DNA of 64,000 nt from Macrostomum lignano (lineage: Eukaryota): positions 1 to 64,000 of the forward strand of contig NIVC01000248.1 of the NCBI GenBank assembly GCA_002269645.1, read 5' to 3'. The translations under genes and the position numbers were made by a program. Of the stretch, positions 50,701 through 62,391 are shown in pieces; positions within the stretch are counted from its first letter, which is position 1, and every line of letters starts with the position of its first letter. The notes beneath the pieces are model-generated. The model saw only the letters and a list, made by a program, of their open reading frames with translations. It searched no databases and was not told the DNA's origin.

Positions 50701-53700
50701 CTGGCCGGCCTGGACGACATCGGGCGGGGCCTGCAGTTCGCCCGACCGGGCTTCGGCGCCGCCGCGTCCGGAATCGGTGAGGCTGGGGAGGCTGAGGCTG
50801 TGATGATGAATTTCCCGATCTGGAAACTGCAGCTAGCGGGTCAGGGACATGCTTTACCTTGAATCTCTTCCAATGATTTTGAAAACTAATAAATCCCTGG
50901 ATTTAAGACTTCTCAGATCCATCCTCTTCACAGATCCCAGATGCTCACCGATCCAAGATGCTCACAGATCCCAGATGCTCACAGATCCCAGATGCTCACA
51001 GATCCCAGATGCTCACAGATCCCAGATGTTCACAGATCTCAGATGCCCACAGATCCCAGATGCTCACCGATCCAAGATTCTCACAGATCCCAGATGCTCA
51101 CAGATCCCAGATGCTCACAGATCCCAGATGCTCACAGATCCCAAATGCTCACAGATCCCAGATGCTCACAGATCCCAGATGCTCACAGATCCAAGATGCT
51201 CACCGATCCAAGATGCTCACAGATCCCAGATGCTCAAAGATCCCAGATGCTCACAGATCCCAGATGCTCACAGATCCCAGATGCTCACCGATCCCAGATG
51301 CTCACAGATCCCAGATTCTCACAGATCCCAAATGCTCACAGATCCCGAATACACCCAGATCCCTTAACTTAAGTGCTATAATATTTCAAATACTGTCAGA
51401 TCTCAATTAAACCGAAATTAAAATCCTCCCAAATCTTAGATCCTCACACAGATTCCCTACATCCAAATTTTCTAGCCTTTAAAATCACCTAAACGATCCC
51501 AAGGCACTTAAGCGCTCCATGCAAATCTAAAGTACATTACTGATGCATCGCATATGCGAATCTCCCACAGCCGTGTCAGTGCAGCGGCTGCGTCCAGACG
51601 GCACCCAGCTGGTGCAGTCAGCTGATCGCAGTTCAACTGTAAAGCTTCGTCTGCTCCCCGATTCGGCCCAGGGCACCGCCGTTTCCATGGTAACCACCGT
51701 GCTAAATCTGCCGCATCTGACCCGGAGACTGGGCACGGCCAAGCAGCCTGTGGTATCCAATGTGATTCAGGCTACCCTGTACTCTGGCGGTGAGAGGCTC
51801 GGTGAGTGACTGCACCTGGGATCTGGGATCTGGGATCTGTGATCTAGGATCTGGTATCTGGGATCTAGGATCTGGGATCTGGGATCTAGGATCTGGTATC
51901 TGGGATCTAGGATCTTGTATCTAGGATCTAGGATCTGGTATCTGGGATCTAGGATCTGGGATCTGGTATCTGGGATCTGGGATTTAGGATCTGGTATCTG
52001 GGATCTAGGATCTGGGATCTGGGATCTGGTATCTGGGATCTGGGATCTAGGATCTAGGATCTGGGATCTGGGATCTGGTATCTGGGATCTAGGATCTTGT
52101 ATCTAGGATCTATGATCTGGTATCTGGTATCTGGGATCTGGTATCTGGGATCTGGGATTTAGGATCTGGTATCTGGGATCTAGGATCTGGGATCTGGGAT
52201 CTGGGATCTGGGATCTAGGATCTAGGATCTGGGATCTGGGATCTGGGATCTGGGATCTGGGATCTGAGATCTGGGATCTGAGATCTGGGATCTGAGATCT
52301 GGGATCTGGGATCTGAGATCTGGGATCTGAGATCTGGGATCTGAGATCTGGGATCTGAGATCTGGGATCTGAGATCTGGGATCTGAGATCTGAGATCTGG
52401 GATCTGAGATCTGGGATCTGAGATCTGGGATCTGAGATCTGGGATCTGAGATCTGGGATCTGAGATCTGGGATCTGAGATCTGGGATCTGAGATCTTGGA
52501 TCTGAGATCTGGGATCTGAGATCTGGGATCTGAGATCTGGGATCTGAGATCTGGGATCTGAGATCTGGGATCTGAGATCTGGGATCTGAGATCTGGGATC
52601 TGAGATCTGAGATCTGGGATCTAGAATCTTGGATCTAGGATTTGGGATCTGGGATCTGAAATCTAAGTCAGTGATCAATCAGCGCCCTAACCTGCCCTTG
52701 ACAATGACCCTTGCAGACGCCGCCTCATCGGGCCAGCCGGCAGCCGAGGTGCTGCTGCTGATCCCGCACAGCCGCATCTCCGGGCAGCTCCGCCAGTGCG
52801 TGCACCTCCTGCCGCCGCCTTCGCAAGCCGCAGCCGCCGCCTCCTCGCCCCCCGAGTTCCTGTCTCCAAGCGGCTGCCGGGTGGCCGTGGAGCTCTCGAG
52901 CCCGACTGTCACCGCCTGCCTCTGCCGCCACCTGAGCAGCTTTGCCGTCACGGTGCTGCCCGGCACCGCCTGGCTCGGCGTAGAGACTCACCGCCTGTGG
53001 CGGCTGCACTCGGAGCCACTGAGAATTCTCACCTGGATCTGCCTGACCGTCTCCATTGTCTGCCTGCTGCTCACCTCCATCACCTATATTGTGGTTCGGA
53101 TGCAGACTCCCATGGCTGACAAGTCCATCGCCACTCTGCATCGGGTGCACCGGAGTCTTTGTCTGGCCCTCATGCTGGGCCAGGCGCTGTTTTTGGCCGC
53201 GTTCCAGCCGCTTGATGGTGCGTATCCTGCTCTGGGGAGTCTGCGACCTCTGTGGGTTAGATAGTAATCGGGGAATGGCACTAAGATTGAAAGTATTGGC
53301 TGAGGTGGATAGAGAAGAGAGGGAGACAGCGAGGTAGAGAGGAGAGGGAGACAGCGAGGTAGAGAGTAGAGGGAGACAGCGAGGTAGAGAGGAGAGGGAG
53401 ACAGCGAGGTAGAGAGGAGAGGGAGACAGCGAGGTGAGGTAGAGAGGAGAGGGAGACAGCGAGCTAGAGAGGAGAGAGAGACAGTGAGGTAGAGAGGAGA
53501 GGGAGACAGTGAGGTAGAGAGGAGAGGGAGACAGTGGGGTAGAGTAGAGGGAGACAGCGAGGTAGAGAGGAGAGGGAGACAGCGAGGTAGAGAGGAGAGG
53601 GAGACAGCGAGGTAGAGAGGAGAGGGAGACAGCGAGGTAGAGAGGAGAGGGAGACAGCGAGGTGAGATAGAGAGGAGAGGGAGACAGCGAGCTAGAGAGG

Positions 53701-56700
53701 AGAGAGAGACAGCGAGCTAGAGAGGAGAGAGAGACAGTGAGGTAGAGAGGAGAGGGAGACAGTGGGGTAGAGTAGAGGGAGACAGCGAGGTAGAGAGGAG
53801 AGAGAGACAGTGAGGTAGAGAGGAGAGGGAGACAGTGAGGTAGAGAGGAGGGGGAGACAGGGAGGTAGAGAGGAGAGGGAGACAGCGAGGTAGAGAGGAG
53901 AGGGAGACAGCGAGGTAGAGAGGAGAGGGAGACAGCGAGGTGAGGTAGAGAGGAGAGGGAGACAGCGAGCTAGAGAGGAGAGAGAGACAGTGAGGTAGAG
54001 AGGAGAGGGAGACAGTGGGGTAGAGTAGAGGGAGACAGCGAGGTAGAGAGGAGAGAGAGACAGTGAGGTAGAGAGGAGAGGGAGACAGTGAGGTAGAGAG
54101 GAGAGGGAGACAGCGAGGTGAGGTAGAGAGGAGAGGGAGACAGCGAGCTAGAGAGGAGAGAGAGACAGTGAGGTAGAGAGGAGAGGGAGACAGTGGGGTA
54201 GAGTAGAGGGAGACAGCGAGGTAGAGAGGAGAGGGAGACAGCGAGGTAGAGAGGAGAGGGAGACAGCGAGGTGAGGTAGAGAGGAGAGGGAGACAGCGAG
54301 CTAGAGAGGAGAGAGAGACAGTGAGGTAGAGAGGAGAGGGAGACAGTGGGGTAGAGTAGAGGGAGACAGCGAGGTAGAGAGGAGAGAGAGACAGTGAGGT
54401 AGAGAGGAGAGGGAGACAGTGGGGTAGAGTAGAGGGAGACAGCGAGGTAGAGAGGAGAGGGAGACAGCGAGGTAGAGAGGAGAGGGAGACAGCGAGGTGA
54501 GGTAGAGAGGAGAGGGAGACAGCGAGCTAGAGAGGAGAGAGAGACAGTGAGGTAGAGAGGAGAGGGAGACAGTGGGGTAGAGTAGAGGGAGACAGCGAGG
54601 TAGAGAGGAGAGAGAGACAGTGAGGTAGAGAGGAGAGGGAGACAGTGAGGTAGAGAGGAGAGGGAGACAGCGAGGTGAGGTAGAGAGGAGAGGGAGACAG
54701 CGAGCTAGAGAGGAGAGAGAGACAGTGAGGTAGAGAGGAGAGGGAGACAGTGGGGTAGAGTAGAGGGAGACAGCGAGGTAGAGAGGAGAGGGAGACAGCG
54801 AGGTAGAGAGGAGAGGGAGACAGCGAGGTGAGGTAGAGAGGAGAGGGAGACAGCGAGCTAGAGAGGAGAGAGAGACAGTGAGGTAGAGAGGAGAGGGAGA
54901 CAGTGGGGTAGAGTAGAGGGAGACAGCGAGGTAGAGAGGAGAGAGAGACAGTGAGGTAGAGAGGAGAGGGAGACAGTGGGGTAGAGTAGAGGGAGACAGC
55001 GAGGTAGAGAGGAGAGGGAGACAGCGAGGTAGAGAGGAGAGGGAGACAGCGAGGTAGAGAGGAGAGGGAGACAGCAAGGTGAGATAGAGAGGAGAGGGAG
55101 CACAGAACCTAGGTACAACTGCCAGTGTCCCTATATGCAAGGCTCCATCCGCTCCCCTCCGCCGCCAGCCACCCCCATCGCCGCCTGCAAGCTGCTGTCC
55201 GTGCTGACTCTGTACGCCCTGCTGTGCGCCTTCTGCTGGCTGCTGTGCGAGGGCCTGATGTACACCCACAGTCTGGTGATTGTGCTGCCCAGGGTGGACT
55301 CTGCCTTTGCCAAGGTGAGGAAATTGAGTTGAATCAATTCTGATGACCGCTGAGCATACACACGTACATACCTGCAAGCGACCTCCCACCGACCCACCAA
55401 CCTCAAACCGACGTCAAACCGACCTCTCACTGACCTCAAACCGACCACCCACCTACCTCAAACCGACCTCAAACCTACCTCAAACCGAACTTTTAACAAC
55501 CTCAAACCGATTTCCCACCGACCTTAAACCGACCTTCCGACCTCAAACCGACCTCCCACCGACCTCAAACCGAACTCCCAACGACATCAAACCGACCTCC
55601 CACCGACCTCAAACCGAACTCCCAACAACCTCAAACCGACCTCTGATCGATCTTTTCAACGACCTCCCGCTGACGTCATACCGAACTCGAACCATCGACC
55701 TCACCTGACCCCTGCATGCTCTCTGCCGGTCACAGGTGAAATTCTGGCACTACTGCCTGGCCAGCGGCGTCGCTCCGCTGCTCATCGTGCTGCCCACGGC
55801 GGCGCTCAGGCCGGAGCAGCTCATCCAGACCGAGGCCGACGCGTCCGCGGACTCCGGCGGCCTCTTGCGGCCCTCTGTCTGCTGGCTGAGCGGCGACCAC
55901 GGCGTCAGCTTCGCCTTCATCGGGCCGGCCATGGCCGTCTGTCTCGTTAACCTCTGCCTGTTCGCCGTCATCATGCGCCGACTCGCCGGCACCCGCAGCG
56001 ACGCCGCCGATGCTGTCGGAGGATCGGCGGCCACCTCCGCCAGCCTCCGCCTGTCCTACCTGAGCCGCCAGATGAAGGTCACGGCCACCCTGGCCTGCCT
56101 GCTGGGCCTCACCTGGCTGCTCGGCCTGATGTTTCTATTCGCTGAGACGCACCTGTTCATAGTGGCGCAGTACCTGTTCACCCTGCTCAACGGCCTGCAG
56201 GGCTGCTTCATCTTCGCTACTCAGGTGTGCGCGCATAAGCGAGTCCGCGAGGACTGGGAGAAATTCCTCATTGACGGCAGGCGGACGCCCGGCTCTCTGC
56301 GGCGCCTGCTGGAGCAGCGGAGGAACGCCAGGCTGAGCGCCCCCGGCTCCGGGTCCACGCCAGCCAACAAGGCGCAGCAGGGCCGGCTTCGGCAGCCGCT
56401 GCTTCCGCCGCAGGGGCAGCAGCAGCAGCAGCTGTATTTGCCCTATGAAGGCGATGCCAGATATCTGGTTGACAAGGTTGGCGCACCCGGTTTTCATGCT
56501 GTTTGGGATTCGTGAATGTTGAGATTTGTGAATATTGGGATTTGTGAATGTTGGGATTCGTGAATGTTGGAATTTGTGAATATTGGGATTTGTGAATTTT
56601 GGGATTCGTGAATGTTGGAATTTGTGAATGTTGAGATTCGTGAATGTTGAGATTCGTGAATGTTGAGATTCGTGAATGTTGAGATTCGTGAAATTTGTAG

Positions 56701-57516
56701 GATCTGAAAATATGAGAGCTACTTAATTTTTCCATTCGTGACTTTGCATTTCTAAATGCTAGGATTTGTGAATTTTTGAATCCGTGAACATTCGCGCCCC
56801 CCCCCCAGTCCTCCCAGTCTGACAGCGGGCTCCCCAGCCAGCTGTCGCGGCTGCTCAGCGTCTTCCGTCGAAAGCAGCAGCCGCAGCGGCAGCACCGGCG
56901 TGACTGCCAGCAACAGCTGCGGCTTCATCAGCAGCAGCCGCCGCAGCAGCCCTCGGACACGGTCACCGACCTGTCCAACCTGTCCCCGCCCCGCCTGACC
57001 GGCGACTGCGGCTGCCCCGTCGTCGTCAATGTCAACAACAACAACAGAGGGAGCAGCAGCACCAGCGGCGTCGGCAGCGGCAGCAGCGCCTGGGCGTCAC
57101 GGGGCTCGCGCGGCACCGAGGCGCCGTCGCAGGCGCCGTTGGTCACGGAGGAGAACTTCACCTCCTGCTGCGACCCGACCGCCGCCGCCGCCATCGACAG
57201 GCCCGACTGCCGCGGCCAGGATCGGCGACAGCAATCCAGCCGGCGGCCGCAGCAGTTGGAGTCCGGCTTCTTCGACAGTCGGGCATTTGGCGACACCCGA
57301 CTCGACGACCAGTCTCTGTTCGACATCACGCACAGCCAGGCGGAACCGGCGCTGCGCAGCCCGAAGTCGCCGCTGCCGGAGCCGCCGCCGATCGACACCT
57401 TGCCGGCGAGGTGCCCCGGCAGCCGGGAGCTGCTGTACAATGTCACGGATACGCAGGCCAGCAGCGAGTACCTCGTGCCCGATTGTAAGCCGACCGAGCA
57501 GCTGACCAAAGTTTGA
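42161..57516 (+). CDS. Adhesion GPCR, latrophilin/CIRL-like (signal peptide, SUEL/Gal-lectin-like domain, Thr-rich stalk, GAIN/GPS, secretin-family 7TM, long C-tail); ~1206-1238 aa
   Basis: Exons 42161-42480, [43099-43313 or 44581-44699], 45749-45832, 46038-46172, 48335-48525, 50377-50776, 51571-51801, 52672-53217, 55169-55314, 55736-56476, 56809-57516 splice in frame. GPS GCRV...[11 protein letters not shown]; 7TM motifs [40 protein letters not shown]; ends LTKV. Extra exons at 46.7 and 48.07 kb are possible. Confidence 0.9.
42620..42990. repeat. Intronic minisatellite, 20-bp unit
   Basis: (ctacaaactacatgtgcagt)n. Confidence 0.95.
43099..43313 (+). CDS. Adhesion GPCR candidate alternative exon 2a (lectin C-terminal half, long form)
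   Basis: ttccag|A GAG...; [11 protein letters not shown]...[10 protein letters not shown]...QCYNR...[17 protein letters not shown]; donor A|gtaaga; phase 2 to 1, 215 nt. Confidence 0.6.
43660..44250. repeat. Intronic minisatellite, 23-31-bp variants
   Basis: (cagccactcccattcctcagtgg)n and longer variants. Confidence 0.93.
44581..44699 (+). CDS. Adhesion GPCR candidate alternative exon 2b (lectin C-terminal half, canonical Cys spacing)
   Basis: cgccgcag|G ACT...; [39 protein letters not shown]; donor A|gtaagt; phase 2 to 1, 119 nt. Confidence 0.7.
44832..45355. repeat. Intronic minisatellite, 30-bp unit
   Basis: (ttgagaccctgtctaactcatgtttcatca)n. Confidence 0.96.
46340..46672. repeat. (TCTG/CCTG)n microsatellite
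   Basis: Direct reading. Confidence 0.97.
47045..47362 (-). mobile_element. Putative tRNA-derived SINE in an adhesion GPCR intron
   Basis: Minus-strand A-box-like agcagctcagcggt (47354-47341) and B box ggttcgattcc (47316-47306), then ~250 bp of unique body ending in tcagtcagtc; no TSD identified. Confidence 0.4.
47370..47905. repeat. (TCTG/TGTCTG)n microsatellite
   Basis: Direct reading. Confidence 0.97.
48528..49430. repeat. Intronic minisatellite, 22-bp unit, ~41 copies
   Basis: (gtggattgctaatctagcccat)n, starting at the splice donor. Confidence 0.97.
50930..51362. repeat. Intronic minisatellite, 17-bp unit
   Basis: (gatgctcacagatccca)n. Confidence 0.96.
51816..52660. repeat. Intronic 7/14-bp repeat
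   Basis: (ggatctg)n with gatctag, gtatctg and gatctga variants. Confidence 0.97.
53310..55100. repeat. Intronic purine-rich minisatellite, ~25-bp unit
   Basis: (gagacagcgaggtagagaggagagg)n. Confidence 0.97.
55375..55705. repeat. Degenerate intronic repeat (ccgacctc core)
   Basis: Recurrent aaaccgacctc / ccaccgacctc. Confidence 0.85.
56505..56790. repeat. Intronic minisatellite, 16-bp unit
   Basis: (tgaatgttgagattcg)n. Confidence 0.93.
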
Positions 57517-57609
57517 ACCTGACTGACTTCGGGCGATTTTATTGAACAACTGCAGTGTAAATAGAATTTATACAAATGAATGAATATAGGTGAGCAAAGA
57601 TCAGCAAAT

Positions 57610-57960
57610 ATAGAATCTGTGAATCTGGGATCTGTGAATTTGGGATCTGTGAATCTCGGATCTGTGAATCTGGGATCTGTGAATTTGGGATCTGTGAATC
57701 TCGGATCTGTGAATTTGGGATCTGTGAATTTGGGATCTGTAAATCTAGGATCTGTGAATCTGGGATCTGTGAATTTGGGATCTGTGAATTTGGGATCTGT
57801 GAATCTGGGATCTGTGAATTTGGGATCTGGGGTCTGTGAATCTGGAATCTGTGAATCGATGATCTGTGAACTTAAAATCTGTGAATTGAGAATCTTTGAA
57901 TTTAGAATCTGTGAATCGAGGATCTGTGAATCGATTATCTGTGAATCAATGGTCTGTGAA
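57610..57960. repeat. Minisatellite, 15-bp unit, just 3' of the GPCR stop
   Basis: (gatctgtgaatctgg)n. Confidence 0.93.
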
Positions 57961-58269
57961 CAGCGTCAATTTTGAAGCGCTCTTTAATAACGCAAGTCAG
58001 TTGGGAAACGTAAAGAATATTTAAAACCAACAGAAATAAGAGATGCGCAGTCTGACTTAATTAGTCCGCTCGGCGGTGACGAAGCAATTATTGCTTTTTA
58101 TTATTTACTTTATAATTTTCTTCACCGTGTTGCGCTACTGCCAGTAGCACTGCAAGAATTTCTCGCTTCTCTGTAACAGCGAATTAGTTAATTAGGTAAA
58201 TTTTGCTGGCCTTTTTAATGCGATTTCGATTGTAGCTCATATTTTGAATACAACGTATTGACATGCAGA

Positions 58270-58608
<339 letters not shown>

Positions 58609-59199
58609 ACATGACAGGTGGTTTTTTCTTTTATTTTTGTGCCTTCTCGCTAAGCACTGCAAGCCTTTGTATATTCTCTATTACAAATTTTAAAGCAAAA
58701 TTGTCACAACGAAGCTTGGAAAACAGACTTTTTTAGTTTTGCAGTTGCAATTTATTGATAGCCACATCACCTTGCATTGTTCACTTTTGCACTCGCTGTT
58801 GCGATATTAATTTCGCATTTTTGCATAAATTACAAATCTATTAAACATTGTGTCTTTATTTTGTGCCTGTAAATCTATTTCTAAGATCCAGATCGCATGT
58901 TGCCGGATAAGAATGTTGCCAGCCCCAATCAAAATGTTATCAGCCCAAGAACGTTGCTTTTTGAAAAAGATTCATTCTGCTTTTTTGCCGCGCCAACCTG
59001 CTTAAAAACGAGTTCGCGAAATTGTGCTTGAGAGTTCGCGCCCACCGCAAATATAATGCAAATTTGTTCAGCTGTCAGCTGACCTACTGATTGAATGCTT
59101 ACTGGAGCTTTCACCGCTTACATGCGAGCGTAATATGTCATGATAGTTGCCTTTGCTGTTTGTTTATCAGTGAAGCTGGCGTTCTTAACGTCATCTTAG

Positions 59200-59680
59200 T
59201 GAATACTCTGGTGATATGCCACACCTTAATGAGTCCTCTGGTGATATGCCACACCTTAATGAGTCCTCTGGTGATATGCCACACCTTCTTAATGAGTCCT
59301 CTGGTGATATGCCACACCTTCTTAATGAGTCCTCTGGTGATATGCCACACCTTCTTAATGAGTCCTCTGGTGATATGCCACACCTTCTTAATGAGTCCTC
59401 TGGTGATATGCCACACCTTCTTAATGAGTCCTCTGGTGATATGCCACACCTTCTTAATGAGTCCTCTGGTGATATGCCACACCTTCTTAATGAGTCCTCT
59501 GGTGATATGAGACACCTTAATGAGTCCTCTGGTGATTTGAGACACCTTAATGAGTCCTCTGGTGATTTGAGACACCTTAATGAGTCCTCTGGTGATATGA
59601 GACACCTTAATGAGTCCTCTGGTGATATGACACACATTTATGAGTCCTCGGGTAATATGACGCACCTTAATGGGTCTCTC
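59200..59680. repeat. Minisatellite, 30/33-bp unit
   Basis: (gatatgccacaccttcttaatgagtcctctggt)n. Confidence 0.96.
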
Positions 59681-61149
59681 TGGTGCTATGAAACACAAGC
59701 GCATGTCGAAATTGGGTCGCATGCAATGACGTCACTCGGTAAGTGCAATTCTCTGCTATGGGTAATGTATCTCTGAAGGCAGCCAAACGGCTTATGGTGC
59801 TGCTCACCAGCTTGAACTGGTAAATTGGTCATTAAAAATCTGTAAATCAAGGACCTGTGAATCTATTATCTGAAAGCCATAAAGATTATTGAAGATTGTG
59901 TTTGTATCCGTGAATCTAGGGTTTGTGACTTACTAGTGTCACTGACAGCGTGTGTGAAATTGTGTAAGAGTGACAGTGTGACAGTGTCAGAGTGAAATTG
60001 TAAGAGTGTAACTGGTATGGAAGATGCATGATAATTTTACTAGGGCTATTGCCCATTGAAATTTAAGGTTATTGCTCTACTCCAAAGACAGCGCACCTTA
60101 AGGATGAGGCCACCCAGCAGCCAGTGCGGGAACTAACATGCATGGCCCCGTTCTATAAAAGCCATCGTAAGACAAGATCGTTCTTAGCTCCAATATCCGC
60201 AGTGTAAAAGTTCCAACGTACGATCAAACTTACGCTACGACAGCTTTATAGTACGACCCCACGATGCCTAGCATATCACAGAATGGAGGGAGAGAGAATA
60301 GACACGCTCCACCCCAGCTAGCTGCACATCCAAGTTGCGTTCTGCATTCTGATAAACGAAGCTTCAATGGGGTGGAGTCTATAATTCTCTCCCCCCTCCG
60401 TTCCTGTACTTAGGCTAGTTGTGAAATTTTACCAGACTGTTTCGACTGTACATGCAGTTTGGTCATTCTTAAATACTGGTGTGTTCAATTGAATTGAATC
60501 ATGGGCTCGTCTGGTTGACCAAACGCGTTGGCTTGACTACAAAGAAAAAACATGATTATATGTTTCTCTTGGCTGCTGTCAGCAATTTACAGGTCAAGTA
60601 GGTGCGACTGAAGCACATGACAGACAGACAGACAGACAAACAGACAGCTGCGTGGCTTCAAGATTAAGTGCAAGCAGGGACAGATTATTTTTAACTTTGA
60701 ATCCTTTTGGTTGATCAGATTTTATCAACTAACGACTGCCAATCCACGCCTTTTGCTGCAGTTTGTTTGGTTAGTTTGGCCAACATTGACAGACTGCAGA
60801 GCGATAACACAGAACCCTTAAAGACCAATTAAGCTGCTTTTCACACGGAGCTCGTGAAAGAGCCTTCGTGACCGAATAGTTAAACCTGTTGTAGGCCAGC
60901 TCGCATCTGTCGAGTGAATAATTGAATTTGAAGTTAACTGAAATCTTGAGAGACCCGACTGACTGCAAGAATTATAAGGAAAACATTGGACTCTGTGAGT
61001 AGCTCGTACAAGCGTTAAAAAAGCATGCAAAATGGAAACATTGAATTGAATGACAAGTTTTGGGTCATTCAAAAATTTTGCTGCAAAAATTTGTGATTCC
61101 CTGGTCCAGGTTTATTTTAAGTTCAAATCAGACAATTTGCTGTATAGAA

Positions 61150-62166
61150 TTCAAGTAAATTTATGCTGAAAACATTCTCTACGAGTATAGTTGACACGCA
61201 TCTTGAAAGGAGCACTGTAGCTCAATCTGAATTTTCTTTCAAATTCAAATCGATTTCCACGTAGTTGACTCTTCACCCAAGTTGAAGAGAAAGAAGTTGC
61301 AGGATGTCAGGTTGGGGGGAACATGCAGGATGCGTCACAAGCTGGACTCCATTAGAATATGCAGGATGCGTCACCAGCTGGACTCCATTGGAGTATGCAG
61401 GATGCGTCACCAGCTGGACTCCATTGGAATATGCAGGATGCGTCACCAGCTGGACTCCATTGGAGTATGCAGGATGCGTCACAAGCTGGACTCCATTAGA
61501 ATATGCAGGATGCGTCACCAGCTGGACTCCATTGGAGTATGCAGGATGCGTCACCAGCTGGACTCCATTGGAATATGCAGGATGCGTCACCAGCTGGACT
61601 CCATTGGAATATGCAGGATGCGTCACCAGCTGGACTCCATTGGACCATGCAGGATGCGTCACCAGCTGGACTCCATTGGACCATGCAGGATGCGTCACCA
61701 GCTGGACTCCATTGGAGTATGCATGATGCGTCACTAGGTCGTACTGGTAGACTCAGGTCTCATCAGCTGTGATGCTCTCCCAGGATCGCTTTGAGGTGCC
61801 ATAGTCGAATATTTCGAGTATGAACCCTCATCAACGCACCCCTACGTCTTCTGGTCTTCGTTCAGGTTGTGGTTGTAAACCGCTTCCGATCCAATGCCGA
61901 GAGCCTCTCTGATCTCGGCACAGGTTACTCACCGGTCCTCATTCTTCAGACAGCAGCGATGTTTTCGTCGGTGATAGCAGAAGCTGGGTGTCCCGTTCAA
62001 GGCTGCTGCGTCCCCGCTTTCATTCATCGTAACACCAAAAAAATGTGGTACATGAAGGGGCTTGGTCTCCGAAAGGAGGACACGTCAATGCACTCTCCTG
62101 CGTGGAGATCTGTCGCTGGTCGTAAGCGACCATCATGGCACGAAAGTCGCGGTTTGTCAATTCCAT
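61150..62166 (-). pseudogene. Decayed mariner (Tc1/mariner, DD34D-type) transposase with an internal deletion and a tandem expansion
   Basis: Across frameshifts: MELTNRDFRAMM, FGDQAPSCTT, KRGRSSLE, ITDENIAAV, EDR*VTCAEIREALGIGS, HNLNEDQK, ITADET*VYQYD (first catalytic D), then VTHPA(Y/C)SP-NLTSCNFFLF (YSPDL motif) and WVKSQLRGNRFE. The HDNA region is deleted; TIRs are only weakly discernible (~62295-62328, ~61060). Confidence 0.85.
61323..61734. repeat. 36-bp minisatellite, ~11.5 copies, derived from the mariner transposase
   Basis: Unit atgcaggatgcgtcaccagctggactccattggaat; the minus strand encodes NGVQLVTHPAYS. Confidence 0.95.
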
Positions 62167-62391
62167 TGGAGCGAGTACAGTTTGGCAGGGGTGTTGACTT
62201 TAAAGAGTGATTGTGAAAAAAATTGATAAGAGCACAGAGGCTGAAAATTTATTATCAAGCATCTGAAGGGTGGTAGTATATGTGCATAAAAAGGCGCGCA
62301 GTTGTGACATATCTCAAAACTTTAGTGCACTCCTCCAATCATCGTCTTTCAACACTGCTCTTAGGAAATTGAAAACTTTCTGGCTGTCGGC

